Assembly: GCA_028534125.1 (NCBI GenBank)
Contig: CM052817.1
Span: forward strand, 87,794,001 to 87,858,000
DNA length: 64,000 nt
Direction of reading: 5' to 3'
Origin: Lama glama
Taxonomy: Eukaryota
Shown piece after piece: positions 38,692 through 52,499 of this stretch. The translations under genes were made by a program, and so were the position numbers. The notes below the pieces were generated by a model, which had not been told where the DNA came from, did no database searches, and saw only the letters and a program-made list of their open reading frames with translations. Each line of letters starts with the position of its first letter. Within the stretch, counting starts at the first letter, position 1.

Positions 38692-38980
38692 CTAACAGCT
38701 TTATTGAGATGTAATTCACATACCATATGATTCACCTATTTAAAGAATACAATATAATGATACTTGTGGTACATTCAAAGAGTTGTAAAACCATCACAGC
38801 CCATTTTAGAATACTTTTATCACCCCAATAAGAAATCCCTTCCCTTTCAGCAGTCATCCCCCATCCTCTCAGCCCTAGACAAGCACTAATCTACTTTCTG
38901 TCTGTATAGATTTGCCTATTCTGGACATTTCATTTAAATGTAACCATACAGTATAAGATCTTTGTGATTGGCTTCTTTCT
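38692..38980 (-). mobile_element. L1MB-like 3' end
   Basis: aacagctttattgagatgtaattcacataccata...tagatttgcctattctggacatttcat. Confidence 0.85.
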
Positions 38981-40138
38981 TTTTTTAAAATTTTTTTAAA
39001 ACTTCTTATATAATTTATAGATTTCTTTCCATTTACAGTTATAACAGAATATTGGCTATATTCTCCATATAGTACAATATATCCTTGAGTCTATTTTACA
39101 CTCAATAGTTTGTACCTTCCACTCCTCCACCCCACTGGTAACCATTAGTTTGTTCTCTGTATCTGTGAGTCTGCTTCTTTTTTGTTATATATGCTAGTTT
39201 GTTTTATTTTTTAGATTCCATATATAAGTGATAATCATACAATATTTGACTTTTTCTGTCTGATTTATTTTGCTTGCACAATGCCCTCCAAGTCCATACA
39301 TGTTGCTGCAGATGATAAAATATCGTTCTTTTTTATGGCTGAGTAGTATTCCATTATATATAAATATAAATATATATAAAAATGCCACATCTTCCCTGTT
39401 CATTCATCTGTTAATGGACACTTAGGTTGCTTCCATATCTTGGCAATTATAAATAATGCTACTATGAACATTGGGATGCATGTATCTTTTCTAATTAGTG
39501 TTTTTGTTTTCTTTGGATATATATACCCAGAAGTGGAAATAGCTGGGTCATATAGTAGTTCTATTTTTAGTTTTTTGACAGCGGCTGCACCAATTTACAT
39601 TCCCACCAATAGTGTACGAGGGTTCCCTTTCTCCTCATCCTCACCAACATTTGTTATTTGTGTTCTTTTTGATGATTGCCATCTGATAATGATACCTCAT
39701 TGTGGTTTTGATTTGCATTTCCCTATTGATTAGTGATGTTGTTTGATGGCCATTTCCTTGTCCTTTTTGGAAAATGCCTATTCAGTTCTTCTGCCCACTT
39801 TTTAATTGTGTTGTTTGTTTTTTGATGTTGAGTTGTATGACCTGCTTATATATTTTGGATATTACTCCCTTATTGGTTATAACATTTGCAAATGTTTTCT
39901 CCCATTCCATAGGTTATCATTTTGTTTTGATTATAATTTCCTTTGCTGTGCAAAAGCTTTTAAGTTTAATTGGGTCCCATTCATTTATTTTTGCTTTTAT
40001 TTTCTTTACTTTAGGAGACAGAGTCAAAATATTACTGCAATACATGTCATAGAACATTATGCCTATGTTTTCCTCTATGAGTTTTATAGTATCTGGTCTT
40101 ACGTATAGGTCTTTAACCAATTTTGAGTTTATATTGTA
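38981..40138 (-). mobile_element. LINE-1 3' portion (same broad family as 1-3062)
   Basis: Minus ORF 39917-40120 (KDLYVRPDTIKLIEENIG...EWDPIKLKSFCTAKE) is ORF2; cactggtaaccattagtttgttctctgtatctgtgagtctg 3'UTR. Confidence 0.9.
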
Positions 40139-43100
40139 ATATAGAAACTTAAAAATGAAAAAAATTAAATTTGGATAAATTATACATGAAAAATGGCACG
40201 TCAGAGCAGTAAGAGTTAATGAGTTGGTACTAAAATTAAATCCTGAAATCTACATAGAATCTATATTATATCTTTCTGAGAGTTAGCTAATGTATAGAAG
40301 AAAGTATGGTTATTAAAATGAATGTAAGGATTGTAAAAAGGTTTGGAAAATGTCTGAAGATTTTGGGCTTTCATTCCTTAAATTCTATCATATAATTAAT
40401 GAATTTTATGTTTGTTTAGCATTTATAAACACAGAATAAATAGCTAAATTGTTTTCTTGCTATTTTTTAAACTACTCATTACTCACATTTAACCTGTAGA
40501 GTTAAAAGAAAAGCTCATTATAATAGAATATAATTATAACCTTATGTTATTTTTACTTTGAAAGCAGTAGCTTTTTGCTATTTATTCTTTCCAGAAAAAC
40601 TTGTTCTTTGGAGAGATTTGGTAGGACTTTTTTTTTTAAATCCCGTTGAAATAAAATTAAAAATGAAACTTTAGTAAGACATGCTAAAACTCCATTAGCA
40701 AAGGAATCTTAGTTTGAACACATAAAACTAGACGTCTCTCCTGCTTCCAAATAATTATTCATGTCAAGATATGAAAAACATTTTATTTTTTGAAAATGAA
40801 AAATATGATGTTAAATTTCATACTTCATATATATACACTAAATTTCTGTAATTAATCATCTCAAAGTGTGTTTTTAGAAAATATTTTAAGGCAAATAAGC
40901 TAAAAACCAAGATTTTGTTTATCTTCAAAAAGTAGCACACAGTTTATAATACTTTAGGGACCTATATGATTAGGATTTTTTGTTTTTTACAAATTAAATA
41001 AAATATAATGAACAGATACTGTAAAGCTCTCCAGAAGTAAACTTCACATTTGCTAAGGATTCCATGCAAGTGATTAATTTTTAGACAAACATCATGCCAG
41101 AATTCTTCAAAGATATAAAAACCCTAATTGCAGGGTATCCCAGTATAATAGACATAAGCAGACACAAAGGCATACAGAAGGGTAACAACCTATACACCTT
41201 TTCATTAATATTTATATTCATGAATTGGGGAAATTTAGAAGTATTTTGAAATTTTTAAAGATATATAATAATGTTAATAATTATTTATAAGACATTTGAA
41301 AAAAGTATTAACTGGTGAACTAAAAAAAACATACTTTTTCAGTTAAGTTTATTTTCAAGCCTTTGAAATACTGATATTGTTGAAAAATTTTAGAAAAGCA
41401 TACTTTAAATTAATGAATTAAATCAGAAAAAAATATCAAGCCAATAAATAGCAGGAGTCAGATTTTATATTCCATTGTAGGAAAAATAAAAAATTATACT
41501 TAAATTTTTAGATTCAAAAGGAACTGCCTTTGTTTCCAGAGAACAGACAGACATGGAATCCAAAGAGTAGATATAGCTGTTAAATTTCATTTAAGATGGT
41601 TACTACACCTGTTTTTAGAAAGACATACAAGTGTTTATAAATAATATTTTGGAGAATAAGAAATTTAAAATGTTAAAAAGTAAACTTAAATAATAAGATT
41701 ATTTGTCTGGAATAAATGCTTCAATGCACCTGAATGGAATAAAAGGCAAAACAAAGCAAAAGAAACAAACAAACAAAAACCTCGAGCTGGAAATAGGCTC
41801 AAAAGTCTCTGAAAGTTAAGAGAAAAGAAAATAAATATGGTCTGCAAGATAGTTTTCCATTTTTTAAAAGTAACCTTCAAAGGTTTCCAAAGTGGTTTTT
41901 TTTTTCCCCCTTAAAATAACATCAGCTACCTAACCTTGCCAAAAAGACCTTGAGATTCATTGTTGACAAAGTGTCTTAGAGACGGTAGTTCATGAAAATT
42001 TATCATACCATTAAGTTTAGCTCAACAAAGAAACAAAAGCATTTATACAAGTTGGTCAGTTTTAATCATGAAAATGTAGCATTCTATTATATACAGTGAT
42101 CTGAGTTAACTGTGTGTCGCCTTGAAGCCAATATTTAACTTTTCAGAGGCTTATTGTTCCTTTTGAATAAACTTAATTATGGAAGTCAGGATTAGAATAG
42201 GGAAAAGGTTAAGCAGGTTGTCTTCTAGATCACAGTCTAGATACAAAATATGAAGCCCTTTCATATATTATATACTTTTAAAGACACTTGGAATAGTTAT
42301 TTTCAATTTATAAGAAAACCGCTTTAACTGCATTCGTTCAAGATACGGTATCAGTAAAAGTAATTGAAAGTCCTCTTCTAGCTACAATTATATTAGTATA
42401 TTTCTTTATAGTTAAACTTTCAAAAACAGATTTATTTTTCTCTTCCTTCCCTTTCATCCTGACCATGCCATATACACTCTTGTTTATCAGTGATTACCAT
42501 GTTGTTAAACCCAATGGACATTTTCCAGGTACCATCTTATTTAACATCTCCACACTCCCTATTTCTAAAAGAATTTCTTCCTTTCACCTCTCTTTACATA
42601 ATCATGAAAACTGCCAGATGGATTCTTGGAATTTCTGCATGTAGAACATTTTAAAATCATGTATATAGAAATAATTATACAGGAGACTTTGTAGTTATTT
42701 GGAGGGAAAAAGGAACAGAATAAGCAGAGAGTGATCACGAGGAAAGTTCAGTCATCTACCAAGGCTGATCTTCATAAGGAGTCTTTCCTTTTCTGAATTT
42801 TCCACAAACAAGAGGATTTTCTCATCCTTGTATTTCTGAGGACTGATTTTCCAGGCTGTCAAGAGCAGTTTTCTCTTAGCACAAAATCCATGTTTGTTGC
42901 TTAAGCATTTTCTACTACATTGATAAGCAAGTAAAATATAACAGCTGAGGAGAAGTCACTCAGACCACCTTGTTCTTTACTTTTTCCTTTCCCAGAATAT
43001 GGGATGTATTGAAAATTAATCATAACTAGAATGCCAGGTTTTGAGGTAAATGGAGAAAAATAGTTGCCAAGATGATTAGACATCCAGGTTACCTTATTCT

Positions 43101-43219
43101 ATACCATCAGTTACCTTCTTAGGGGGAGCACTTTGTATATAATGGGAGGTTTTCTCTGATGTAGGTGGAAAAAAAATCATATAAATAACAGTTATACTAA
43201 AAAACTATGTTACCTGTTT

Positions 43220-43460
43220 GATTTAAGAAATAGCATAGAATTTGGGTTGACAACCTAGTTTCAAGTCCTCCCTGCACTTTCTATTAGGTCTGTTACGTCG
43301 GCAGTCCTCCTAAATTGTTAGAGTAACAGTTTCATTATGTGTGAAATCAGGATACGCATACCTGGTCTAAACACATCAAAATATCATTCCGAGGTGAGAT
43401 CAGGTGTAGAAACATATAGGAAGCGCCATGTAACCTAGAAAATGATATACAAACATGACA
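43220..43460 (+). mobile_element. MIR fragment
   Basis: cctagtttcaagtcc...cagtttcattatgtgtgaaatcaggata. Confidence 0.5.
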
Positions 43461-43489
43461 TTATATTTTTTCCCCAAAGAGGAAGCGAT

Positions 43490-43934
43490 TACTACTTACT
43501 ACCTAGGGAGACTGCTGTAACAAAGTATCACAAACTAGGTCACTTTATCAATAGAAACTTATCGTCACATGGTTCTAGAGGTTCAAAGTCCAAGGTCAAA
43601 GTGTTGGCAGCATTTGTTCCTTCTGAGGGCCATGAGGGAGTATCTGTTCCATGCTTCTCGCCTAGTTTCTGGTGGTTTGTTGGCAATCTTTGACACTTTT
43701 TGACTTGTTAGGCACATCACACAGTGTTCTTCCTGTGTGTGTATCTGTGTCTAAGTTTCTCCTTTTTAGAAGGGCATATGTCATGTGGGATTAGTTGCCC
43801 ACCTTACTCTAGTATGACTTTATATTAGATAATTACATCTGCAATAACCTTAATTCCAAATATGTTGCATTGTTAGGTATTAGAGGTTAGGATTTTGACA
43901 AATGAATTTTTGAGAAATAGTTTTCCCCAGAACA
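43490..43934 (-). mobile_element. MLT1C-like MaLR LTR
   Basis: cctagggagactgctgtaacaaagtatcacaaactagg...aagtccaaggtcaaagtgttggcag...ttccttctgagggccatgagggag...aattacatctgcaataacc. Confidence 0.9.
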
Positions 43935-45556
43935 TCATCATTTCAAAAACAGAGTTAACTCTTAATCCTTCAGTCAGTTACACATTTCCTGATTATCACA
44001 AAGAAATATTCTCTACATATTCCGTAAAACATTGTTACACATAGAAAAGGGGTAAAATAACTCTCTTAACTCCTTATTTGCTAAACTTCCTGCTTATTTA
44101 GCCCATTAAACATCTTCAACTATTTCTATTAAAAAACACTTTTAGTTGAAAAGCTATTTTCTGTAAATCTATTTTTGCAGCAAATTTTGAGAACCATACC
44201 ATCTATAAAAGATGTTTATCATGCCTTCCAAAATGAAATTTAAAAAGCAAGCAATTATAAGCATTTTAATATCTAAATTTCTAAATTGTAAGGAAATGGA
44301 GGATAATTAAGGTTTTCAACATTTTATAAAACTTCAGAGAGATACAAGAAGCATTGTTTTAAAAATTGGAGTTATTTACAGCTAGATCTCCAATATGTCC
44401 ATTCAATAAAACAATTCCTATTGCTCTGTTTATTATTTAATGTTACAAAAATCCAAAAATAAAAATTTAGAAAATGTTATGTATTTTAAACTAGAGTCTA
44501 GTCAACATATTGTGGAATAAACTATTTTGTTTTTCTCTTAGAGACATGTTAATGCATAGGGGATCCTAACATCAAATGGATACTTCTTTGAGATTTATTA
44601 AACTCTTCTCGTGTATCTATCAAGTGCAATTTAGATTATGGAGCAGGACTTGTGTTCTATTTAAGTTTCTCTTACAATCTTTGATTATATAACACGTGTT
44701 CTTGTAGAACTGAGTACATTCTGATATAAAGGTAGTAATAGAACAAATAGGTATTATACAGCACGAATCCTCAGGTAAACAGGGTGGGTAATTTAATTTC
44801 CGAGGTGACAAATTATCTTATCGTGAGTGAGCAGGCAATTTCTTCCCTGAAATAAACTAAGAAGCCTAGGACAGCTTTAACTAGATGAAATCATTATCCT
44901 TTTAAAGACAGAAGTGTTGAATAAAGTTAATTTTCTCTGCTTTAGTGTTTTGTTAGAAAACGACATAAAAAAATAGTGCTGCCTTAAGGTAATGTTAAGC
45001 TGTTTAAACTCTTTGGTAAGAGAATAAAAACAGTATTTCTTTGGAAAAAATACATTTGCACACACACATATTTCTAATGAATTAGACTGCAATAATAGAC
45101 TATTACAAAGACAAATATCTTTACTCTCTCACCTTTCTAAAAGATAAGCACATAAAAGTATTTATTTATACCTCATATTTTAAAAACCATTTAAAAAACT
45201 ACTTAACAAACAGTAGCTTTAATCATCTTCTGACTATAGCCTACAGCATTATGTGTTGGTATGTACAAGGCATACTGGAAACATTTCTTTGAGTTCAGAA
45301 TGGTGCCAACAAATCTCTTCCTGACAATGACCTCCTGGGTCTTCGTTTGCGTTTTCCTCTTCTTACTTAGGCAAAAAAAATTATAGCTAATTCTTAATAC
45401 CTCAATAACAGTGAATCATTTCTAGAGTTCCATGTTCCTTAAAGTTTCTTAACCTGTTTCATGCAGGTTAAAAGACCTGAATGTATCTTGAGTTTCATTA
45501 TTATGAATTTTAAGAATTTATAGATTTTAAATTTTATTCAAATCTAACAGAAATTA

Positions 45557-46039
45557 GTAAGGAAGGGCTCAGAGAGGCAACTCTCATGGAACATGAACAC
45601 CCCTTCACGTCTTTACTGACATAGCAAGAATGCAAGAGCCTGATTACCTTTACCCAGAGCATTTCTCATAGCTGAGTTTACAGCAAGTAAAAGAGAGATT
45701 AAGTAAATCTCCACTTCCCAAGCGCAACCCGGACAGAGAGCAGACTTGTTTCCACTTAAGGAAAAAAGCAAGCTCACATGTCTTCTTTAACACAGCCTAT
45801 TGCATCTTTAAGCATCCTTGATGGGCCCTTTGCATCACCTCTGTGGAACTTGGGGGACAGGTGGGACCAACACAGACCTCCATGAAGCTCCAGCTACTGC
45901 TCTGGCTGTGACTTATAAAGTCCTTTATCTCTCATCCAGTAGTCTTGTGTCTTCTCCCAATGTCCATGAACAGTAGTAACAAACTAGCTTATTAGCTTGT
46001 AAGCAGGATAAAAAATCTCAGACCCTTTAGTTCTTGACA
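45557..46039 (+). mobile_element. MER68-like ERVL LTR
   Basis: ataaagtcctttatctctcatccagtagtcttgtgtcttct...gcttattagcttgtaagcaggataaaaaatctcagaccctttagttcttgaca terminus; strand inferred from the degenerate poly(A) position. Confidence 0.8.
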
Positions 46040-47679
46040 GGTAGAAATTAGGATACTCTGTTTCTGCAGTTAAATTAGTAGATAGGTAAATAATTCATGT
46101 CTTTGCATTTCTTAAGGAGAATTCTTTTCTCACTTCTGCCCAAGTTACCTTGGAGAAATGTGGAAATATGAAATAATACTGGCCTCTTGAATTATTACAC
46201 AAAATGACCTTAGTACTCCTAGTACTCCAGCTGCATTTACTCCTTACAACTGAAAAAAAAAGAGCATTATGTGTCTTTAGAAAGAGGGAGTGAGAGAGGC
46301 AGACAGGTATACAGATAGAGAGGACAGACAGGGGACAGAAAGAGAAGAGAGAGAATGATTTTAAATCCCTATTGAAAAGAATTTTGAATATTTAGAATGG
46401 CTGTCACAATGGAAAATATGAAATTTAATAAACAGTTTGGACAAGTTACAAATACAGAAATAAGTAAATGGAACACAATAAAACTAGAATGTTTTTTGAG
46501 CTATGATGAGTTATAAAATAAATTCAAAAGGCAAAATTACATTTTATTCACTTACAAGTTAATATAAACATATCCACAATTATTGGCTGTTGCACATTAA
46601 AACTGCAATATTAAATTTTTTTAAAAAGGCACAAATCTGAAAACTATTATAAGTATGATTTGTATTCAAAGACTACAACTTCTTAGTTAAAATGAATCAT
46701 TCTTTTCAAATCTCAGCCTTTACCCAGTTCCATAGGGATTCCCTGAGGTGTGAATATAATTCTTCTGGGATGTTTGTACTTTCAACACTCATTTCACCTA
46801 AACCTGCTACATGTTGTATACCAAGAAAGGGCATATGCATAGAATATATTTGTCACAGAGTCTGTTGAGTTGAAATTTCCCAGGGGAAGAAAACAAACAT
46901 CTAATGGTACTTCTCGGCATTTGATGTTTATTTATATGTGAATTCTATACATGCACATCTGTGCATTGCAGTACACAATTTGGTTATACATCACAGCAGA
47001 TAGATATACATTTTAAATGGATTTGGTCTGTAAACACTGATACTGCTGAATAGATAGAATTTTGTCTCATAAATAGTATAATTATTTTTTAACCACCAAG
47101 TGATACTACCTAAAATTATTAGCAAAATTTATACCTACCAGCGCCTAGGTTTTCATTCTAATTGTTCATATGTCTTTGGAAGTTAAATAACTATAACATG
47201 GGAGAAAAATTATATTGGAGACCACAAGAAATTTCTCTTTTCCAATGATGAGTTATCAAATGTCACATAAATATGGAAAATCCCTTCAAAACAATTTTGA
47301 ATAAATAATTGAAAATAATTATTGACAAAATGATGAAATAACTTTAATGATCACAGTATTTTACATTTTCAGAGGTATTTAACACTCAATTTTAAATACA
47401 TTTAAATAGAAGGAAATCTTATTTATATTTGAAATTAAAAGATATGTTGATGACAGCAAAGAAAAATGGATTGACCATCTCGTTAGAGTCTGCAAACTGA
47501 ATTTAAGATAAAGGGTCTACAAAGTCATGGAAAAGGAATCTTTGCCTCCATGGAACATCCTCTAGTATATAGTTTTGAGTACCATCTAATTCTATAAGAT
47601 ATTATAATTAATGTTTATTATGGTATAATTTGTGCTGTGATCTAAGATCATTCAACACAGGGAACAAAGCAAAATGATG

Positions 47680-47845
47680 TCAGGAAGAAAAAAAATCCTG
47701 CACTTGTCAGAAAACATGAGTTCTGATTCAGCTCAATCTAATTATCTACATGACTTTGAGAAATTTACTTCATTTTTCAGGCTCTGGATTTTCTTATTTA
47801 CAAAATGACCATGAGCTAATTTCTAAAACCTTTGCCAGTTCCAAT
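47680..47845 (+). mobile_element. MIR fragment; an L2-like fragment follows at ~47900-48200
   Basis: gtcagaaaacatgagttctgattcagctc...tgactttgagaaatttacttcatttttcaggctctggattttcttatttacaaaatg. Confidence 0.65.
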
Positions 47846-49183
47846 GCTTGTTTGCTCTATGTGGTAGACATTGTGACTCCATCTGAGGCATCAGCAAGAC
47901 AAAAATGAGCTGGATATGGATTTGCAGAGCACCAGGATTAGTCTGAATATCCTACATGAAAGAACATGTGACAGAATAAGAGAGAAGGTTATATTTAGAA
48001 AGAACCTTGAAGGATGGCAGGATGGAAGGCATTCCAGGTAGAGGGAAGCCCTAAATAAAGAGCTAGCTCTAAGAGGACTGCTTAGATGACAAGGTAGAAT
48101 GCAGTCACAGGTTTGTTGTTGATAGTAGTGGTGGTGGTAATAGTAGTAACTGATTTCTGGTTTTACATAAGGGAAGATTTGAAGTTTTTGTAGGCTAGCA
48201 GAGCAGCTAAAAAGGATTATGATTAAAAACACAGGCTACAAAAATTAGCCTTGTAACGTCTCTTCAGTTGATCAAGGAAAGAAATCTGTAACCATTAAGG
48301 AAAGTAAGGTAAACAAACCAAGGATATTTGGATGGAGCAAAGTTGAAGGAATTTTGCTGTCTAGCATCATACATTGCCTACTTTTCCTTATACCTTGCTG
48401 TTGTAAGGAGGAATTATTAAAAATGTTTGAAATTATTCAGTTATCTCTGAAATGAAATATTTCAGAATTCATAATCCTCTTTTAAAATCTACCATAAAAA
48501 AGTACATAGTTTGTGAGAGAAAAGAACTATTGCAAATAACTCGTGAAGATTTAAAAGTATGTTTAGTATTCATATTATTTAAAGTTATTAAAGTGACTTT
48601 TAAGCTTTTTCCATGCTGGTATATATAATACAATATAAAAATCAAAATTAAGAACATTCAAAATGTTATTTAATAAGATGGTCAGGTTTTTTTCAACAGA
48701 TATTTCATTAATGTTGTTAATAAGATTAAGGTTTGTTAAACACCTGTATTTCTCTTTTTCGTAGTGTTATTTCTTTGTTGTTGCTATTATGCTGGATTTT
48801 GCATTCATTCTTTTTGCCTCTGTTTGGAAAAGAAAAGTAAACAATTTTGTATAAAGAAATTTCTTTCATAGGGTTTCAACACAAGACTCTCTAATCTACA
48901 GTTTCCTACGTTAGGTTTGGGTTTTAGTATTGATAGGTGAAGAAAGTGTTTTATCTAGAGATCGTGAGACAATATGGAACACCATATAATTACATTACTG
49001 CCTAATATTTTGGGCGAAATCAAGTTCAACAATATCCTGGCTTAGGGCTGTATTAGTTTTTCCCTTCAGAACTCTTATTAGTTGCCTGGAAGAGTGTTGA
49101 CTTTGAAGGGCAGACGGCTGCATAAATTATTCCTTCTTTGAGCATTTTGCTTGTTTCTCAGCATTGTGTACATTTGTGATAGC

Positions 49184-49206
49184 TGTGCGTGTGTGTGTGT
49201 GTGTGT
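49184..49206. repeat. (TG)n microsatellite
   Basis: tgtgcgtgtgtgtgtgtgtgtgt; similar (TG)n at ~32352-32367, ~35091-35121 and ~36045-36067. Confidence 0.9.
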
Positions 49207-51285
49207 ACTTATATAAATGCATAAGAAAAATTGTTTTTTGATAATATTTTGCATAAAAATGCACAGTAAGTGTTTTACAAAGAAATTATTAGGCTACACT
49301 TTCTCTTTTTTGAGTTGCTAAGCAAGAATCTTTGGCATTGATTGATGTGTCATTTTGAAATCTGCAAGGGTCTTTATGGTTTTAGTTATGAATATGTATG
49401 AAAAGTCGGTTTTAGTAACTGTGCTATTAGAGATGGTCTACGACTATAATTCAACAGCAATTTCCTTAAAAGACAAAGGAACCTGAATTACAATAAAATA
49501 AGTGTTGATAGCTGAATGTCTTATTGAAAAATAGCTTCTTGTATTCAGGCACAGTTTCCAAAGTGGCATGAAGTAATGACTAATGGGGAGCATACTTAGA
49601 GATATGTCAACTCCTAGCTGAATTACTAAAGAAGAAATACTTTACTGTTCTGTCCCCTATGTCACATTATTTATAGAAATTTTTAAAATCATGATCAACA
49701 CAACACTATTATATTTTTGCTAAAGAAATATAGTGTTCGCTTCTCCTACATATACATATCCATCCTGATTGGACAAGAGAATATGTATTGAGATTTTTAA
49801 AAGTTAGCCTTAAAATAAGACAGTCCTTGAATTCTCAATCCTTTTTCCCCCTATTATACCAATAACAATTATATATATTCCGTAGACAAATCAGCCTTTT
49901 CTTAACACTTATATGCCTTGTTTTCAGGATTAATTCAACTAAGTTCAAGTTAGAGAATATACGCATAGACATACTTAGCTCAGCAGTCTAAACATGGTTA
50001 TTATTATGATCAGAATGAAAACAAAACAAAATCACTGACTATTTGCTTCCATAAAATATTTTCCATTTTGTTGTTATTTTGTTGATTTGGGGATTTATGG
50101 ATTAATTAAAGTTATCTGATACAGATACAAACACACAGAAATATACAAGCCTCTGAATCCAAATTTCTGCCATGTTTTGTTAAAACTCCTGCCTCATACT
50201 ATAATCACATCTTTGCTAATACACTACAGAAAAAAAAAGAGTATCAGTTATGTTTATAGAATAATTCATCTTTTTAAAACTTTTTATTTTATGTACAATA
50301 ATGCAATATACTGGATTTAATAAATTGTCATATAATATATCAAAATAGAAGAATTTCCTGTTCACATATGCATATCCTTATAGGATAGAAAAAAAGAGGT
50401 GCTCCTTCTAATTGTGGAGTTTCCAGCCTTCTTCTGAAACATATGGTTAAACAAAAAATAAGGAAATGAAGGAAAATATATTTGTGTATCCGGGAAGCCA
50501 CAATGAAGCTCGTTGCTCCACAGCCACTGAGGAGATGAGCTGCATATCTGCCATGGCTAAGCCAGCTAGGCTGCATCTATTATTTAAGAAACAACATAAA
50601 ATGTTAGAGCTACATAATGGAAAACTGTAAATGAGTCAACCTTCTTGACACTCAGACTCTCAGGCACCAGGTTAATGTCACAGAGGCAAACTGGTCAGCA
50701 TCCAGGGCAAAGAGCCAGATGTACTATCTGAACTACACTCTCTGAGAAACGCAGCCTAGAGAGAAAATGGAGCAGTTTCAGGAGGCGATAGGAATGTAAT
50801 TTATGGAAGAATCACAGTGTGGTAGGTGGAGCCTATTCTGACTTGACAAGCCTGTGGAACTTCTTTTGACCTCTCACAGCAACTGACAGCAACTAAAATC
50901 ACAGAATGTACCAATTGCAAGTTGATACACAATACACATTTTTTGTAAAAGCCATTCTAATTAGTTACCCAATATTACTATTATGTTTCTCATGTACATA
51001 CACAACACTGATCTTATTCTTGCCTCCTAAACCCATATAATGTTTCTTTTACTTAAGTATAATGTTAGGATCTGTTAATCATTTACTTGAAACTGAAAAA
51101 AAAAGCTTAAGTGGTTTATTTATGTTCATATTTGTAGTCAGTCCAATGAAAATGTATAATTGCATTTTAATATTATGTTTTGATTTAAATAAAGTTATTG
51201 TTTATTCTTTGTAATTAGGTATCAAATCTTATTAAGAAGTTATGATTCAACTTTTATTTAAATAAGTTTGTTATAAAAATGGTAG

Positions 51286-51585
51286 TGTTGGGGCTCAGAA
51301 CAGGCAGTTCTAAGATGTGTCACAGTGGAATATTGATTCTTTTTAATTAGAGTTGCTTGAGTAACAATTGAAGGGGGTGAAAGTTTTAAAAAGAAACTCT
51401 GAATCCCTCTCTTTCTCTCTGAAAGTGAGAAATAAATCTCTTAAGTGAAGGTATCCTCTTGACGCCAGGAGAAGAGAAAGTATCCTTATCACCAGAGTTA
51501 GGGAATTCAATGTTAAGAAAACTGTATAAACAAACTGTTACTTTTCATTGGTTTGTTACCCCAAACACTCACAAGCCCTTTATTT
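51286..51585 (+). mobile_element. MER34-like ERV1 LTR, 5' part
   Basis: tgttggggctcagaa start; ccaggagaagagaaagtatccttatcaccagag...ctgtataaacaaac. Confidence 0.8.
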
Positions 51586-51589
51586 TATT

Positions 51590-51970
51590 AAATCCTTTTT
51601 TTTTAATGATGCAAACTTGAGATTTATTAAATACAACCTTTTCAATTCTTGCGATGGTTGCTATTATCATTTTTTCCTTTTGCAATGCAATGGCACAGTC
51701 ACAAAGCTCTGCACCACTACAATCAATTTTAGAACATTTTCTTCATTCCAAAAAGAAACCCTACACATTTTAGCAGTCATCCCCGTATTTCTTCCCAGCC
51801 ATCCCAGCCTTAGGCAACCACTAATCTTTCTCTCTCTGTGAGTTTGCCTATTCTGAACATTTCACATAAATGAAATCATACAGTATGTGATCCTTTGTGA
51901 TTGACATTTCATTTAGCATAAGGTTTGCAAGGCTCATCCATGTTGTAGTATGTACCAGAATTTCATTTTT
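51590..51970 (-). mobile_element. L1MB-like 3' end running into the gap
   Basis: aatcaattttagaacattttc...ggcaaccactaatctttc...tttgcctattctgaacatttcacataaatgaaatcatacagtatgtg. Confidence 0.8.
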
Positions 51971-52470
51971 NNNNNNNNNNNNNNNNNNNNNNNNNNNNNN
52001 NNNNNNNNNNNNNNNNNNNNNNNNNNNNNNNNNNNNNNNNNNNNNNNNNNNNNNNNNNNNNNNNNNNNNNNNNNNNNNNNNNNNNNNNNNNNNNNNNNNN
52101 NNNNNNNNNNNNNNNNNNNNNNNNNNNNNNNNNNNNNNNNNNNNNNNNNNNNNNNNNNNNNNNNNNNNNNNNNNNNNNNNNNNNNNNNNNNNNNNNNNNN
52201 NNNNNNNNNNNNNNNNNNNNNNNNNNNNNNNNNNNNNNNNNNNNNNNNNNNNNNNNNNNNNNNNNNNNNNNNNNNNNNNNNNNNNNNNNNNNNNNNNNNN
52301 NNNNNNNNNNNNNNNNNNNNNNNNNNNNNNNNNNNNNNNNNNNNNNNNNNNNNNNNNNNNNNNNNNNNNNNNNNNNNNNNNNNNNNNNNNNNNNNNNNNN
52401 NNNNNNNNNNNNNNNNNNNNNNNNNNNNNNNNNNNNNNNNNNNNNNNNNNNNNNNNNNNNNNNNNNNNNN
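51971..52470. other. Assembly gap (500 N)
   Basis: Run of N. Confidence 1.
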
Positions 52471-52499
52471 GTATAAAGATGGTTATTACACTTCATGTT

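Noticed and set aside
41700..41810. Two adjacent minus-strand acceptor-like sites suggesting micro-exons
   Set aside because: The implied intron is ~50 nt with a non-consensus donor, too short for a mammalian intron
45260..45375. Minus-strand short open stretch with basic residues (KKRKTQTKTQEVIVRKRFVGT)
   Set aside because: Not recognised, no start codon or good splice sites, no poly-A/TSD of a retrocopy
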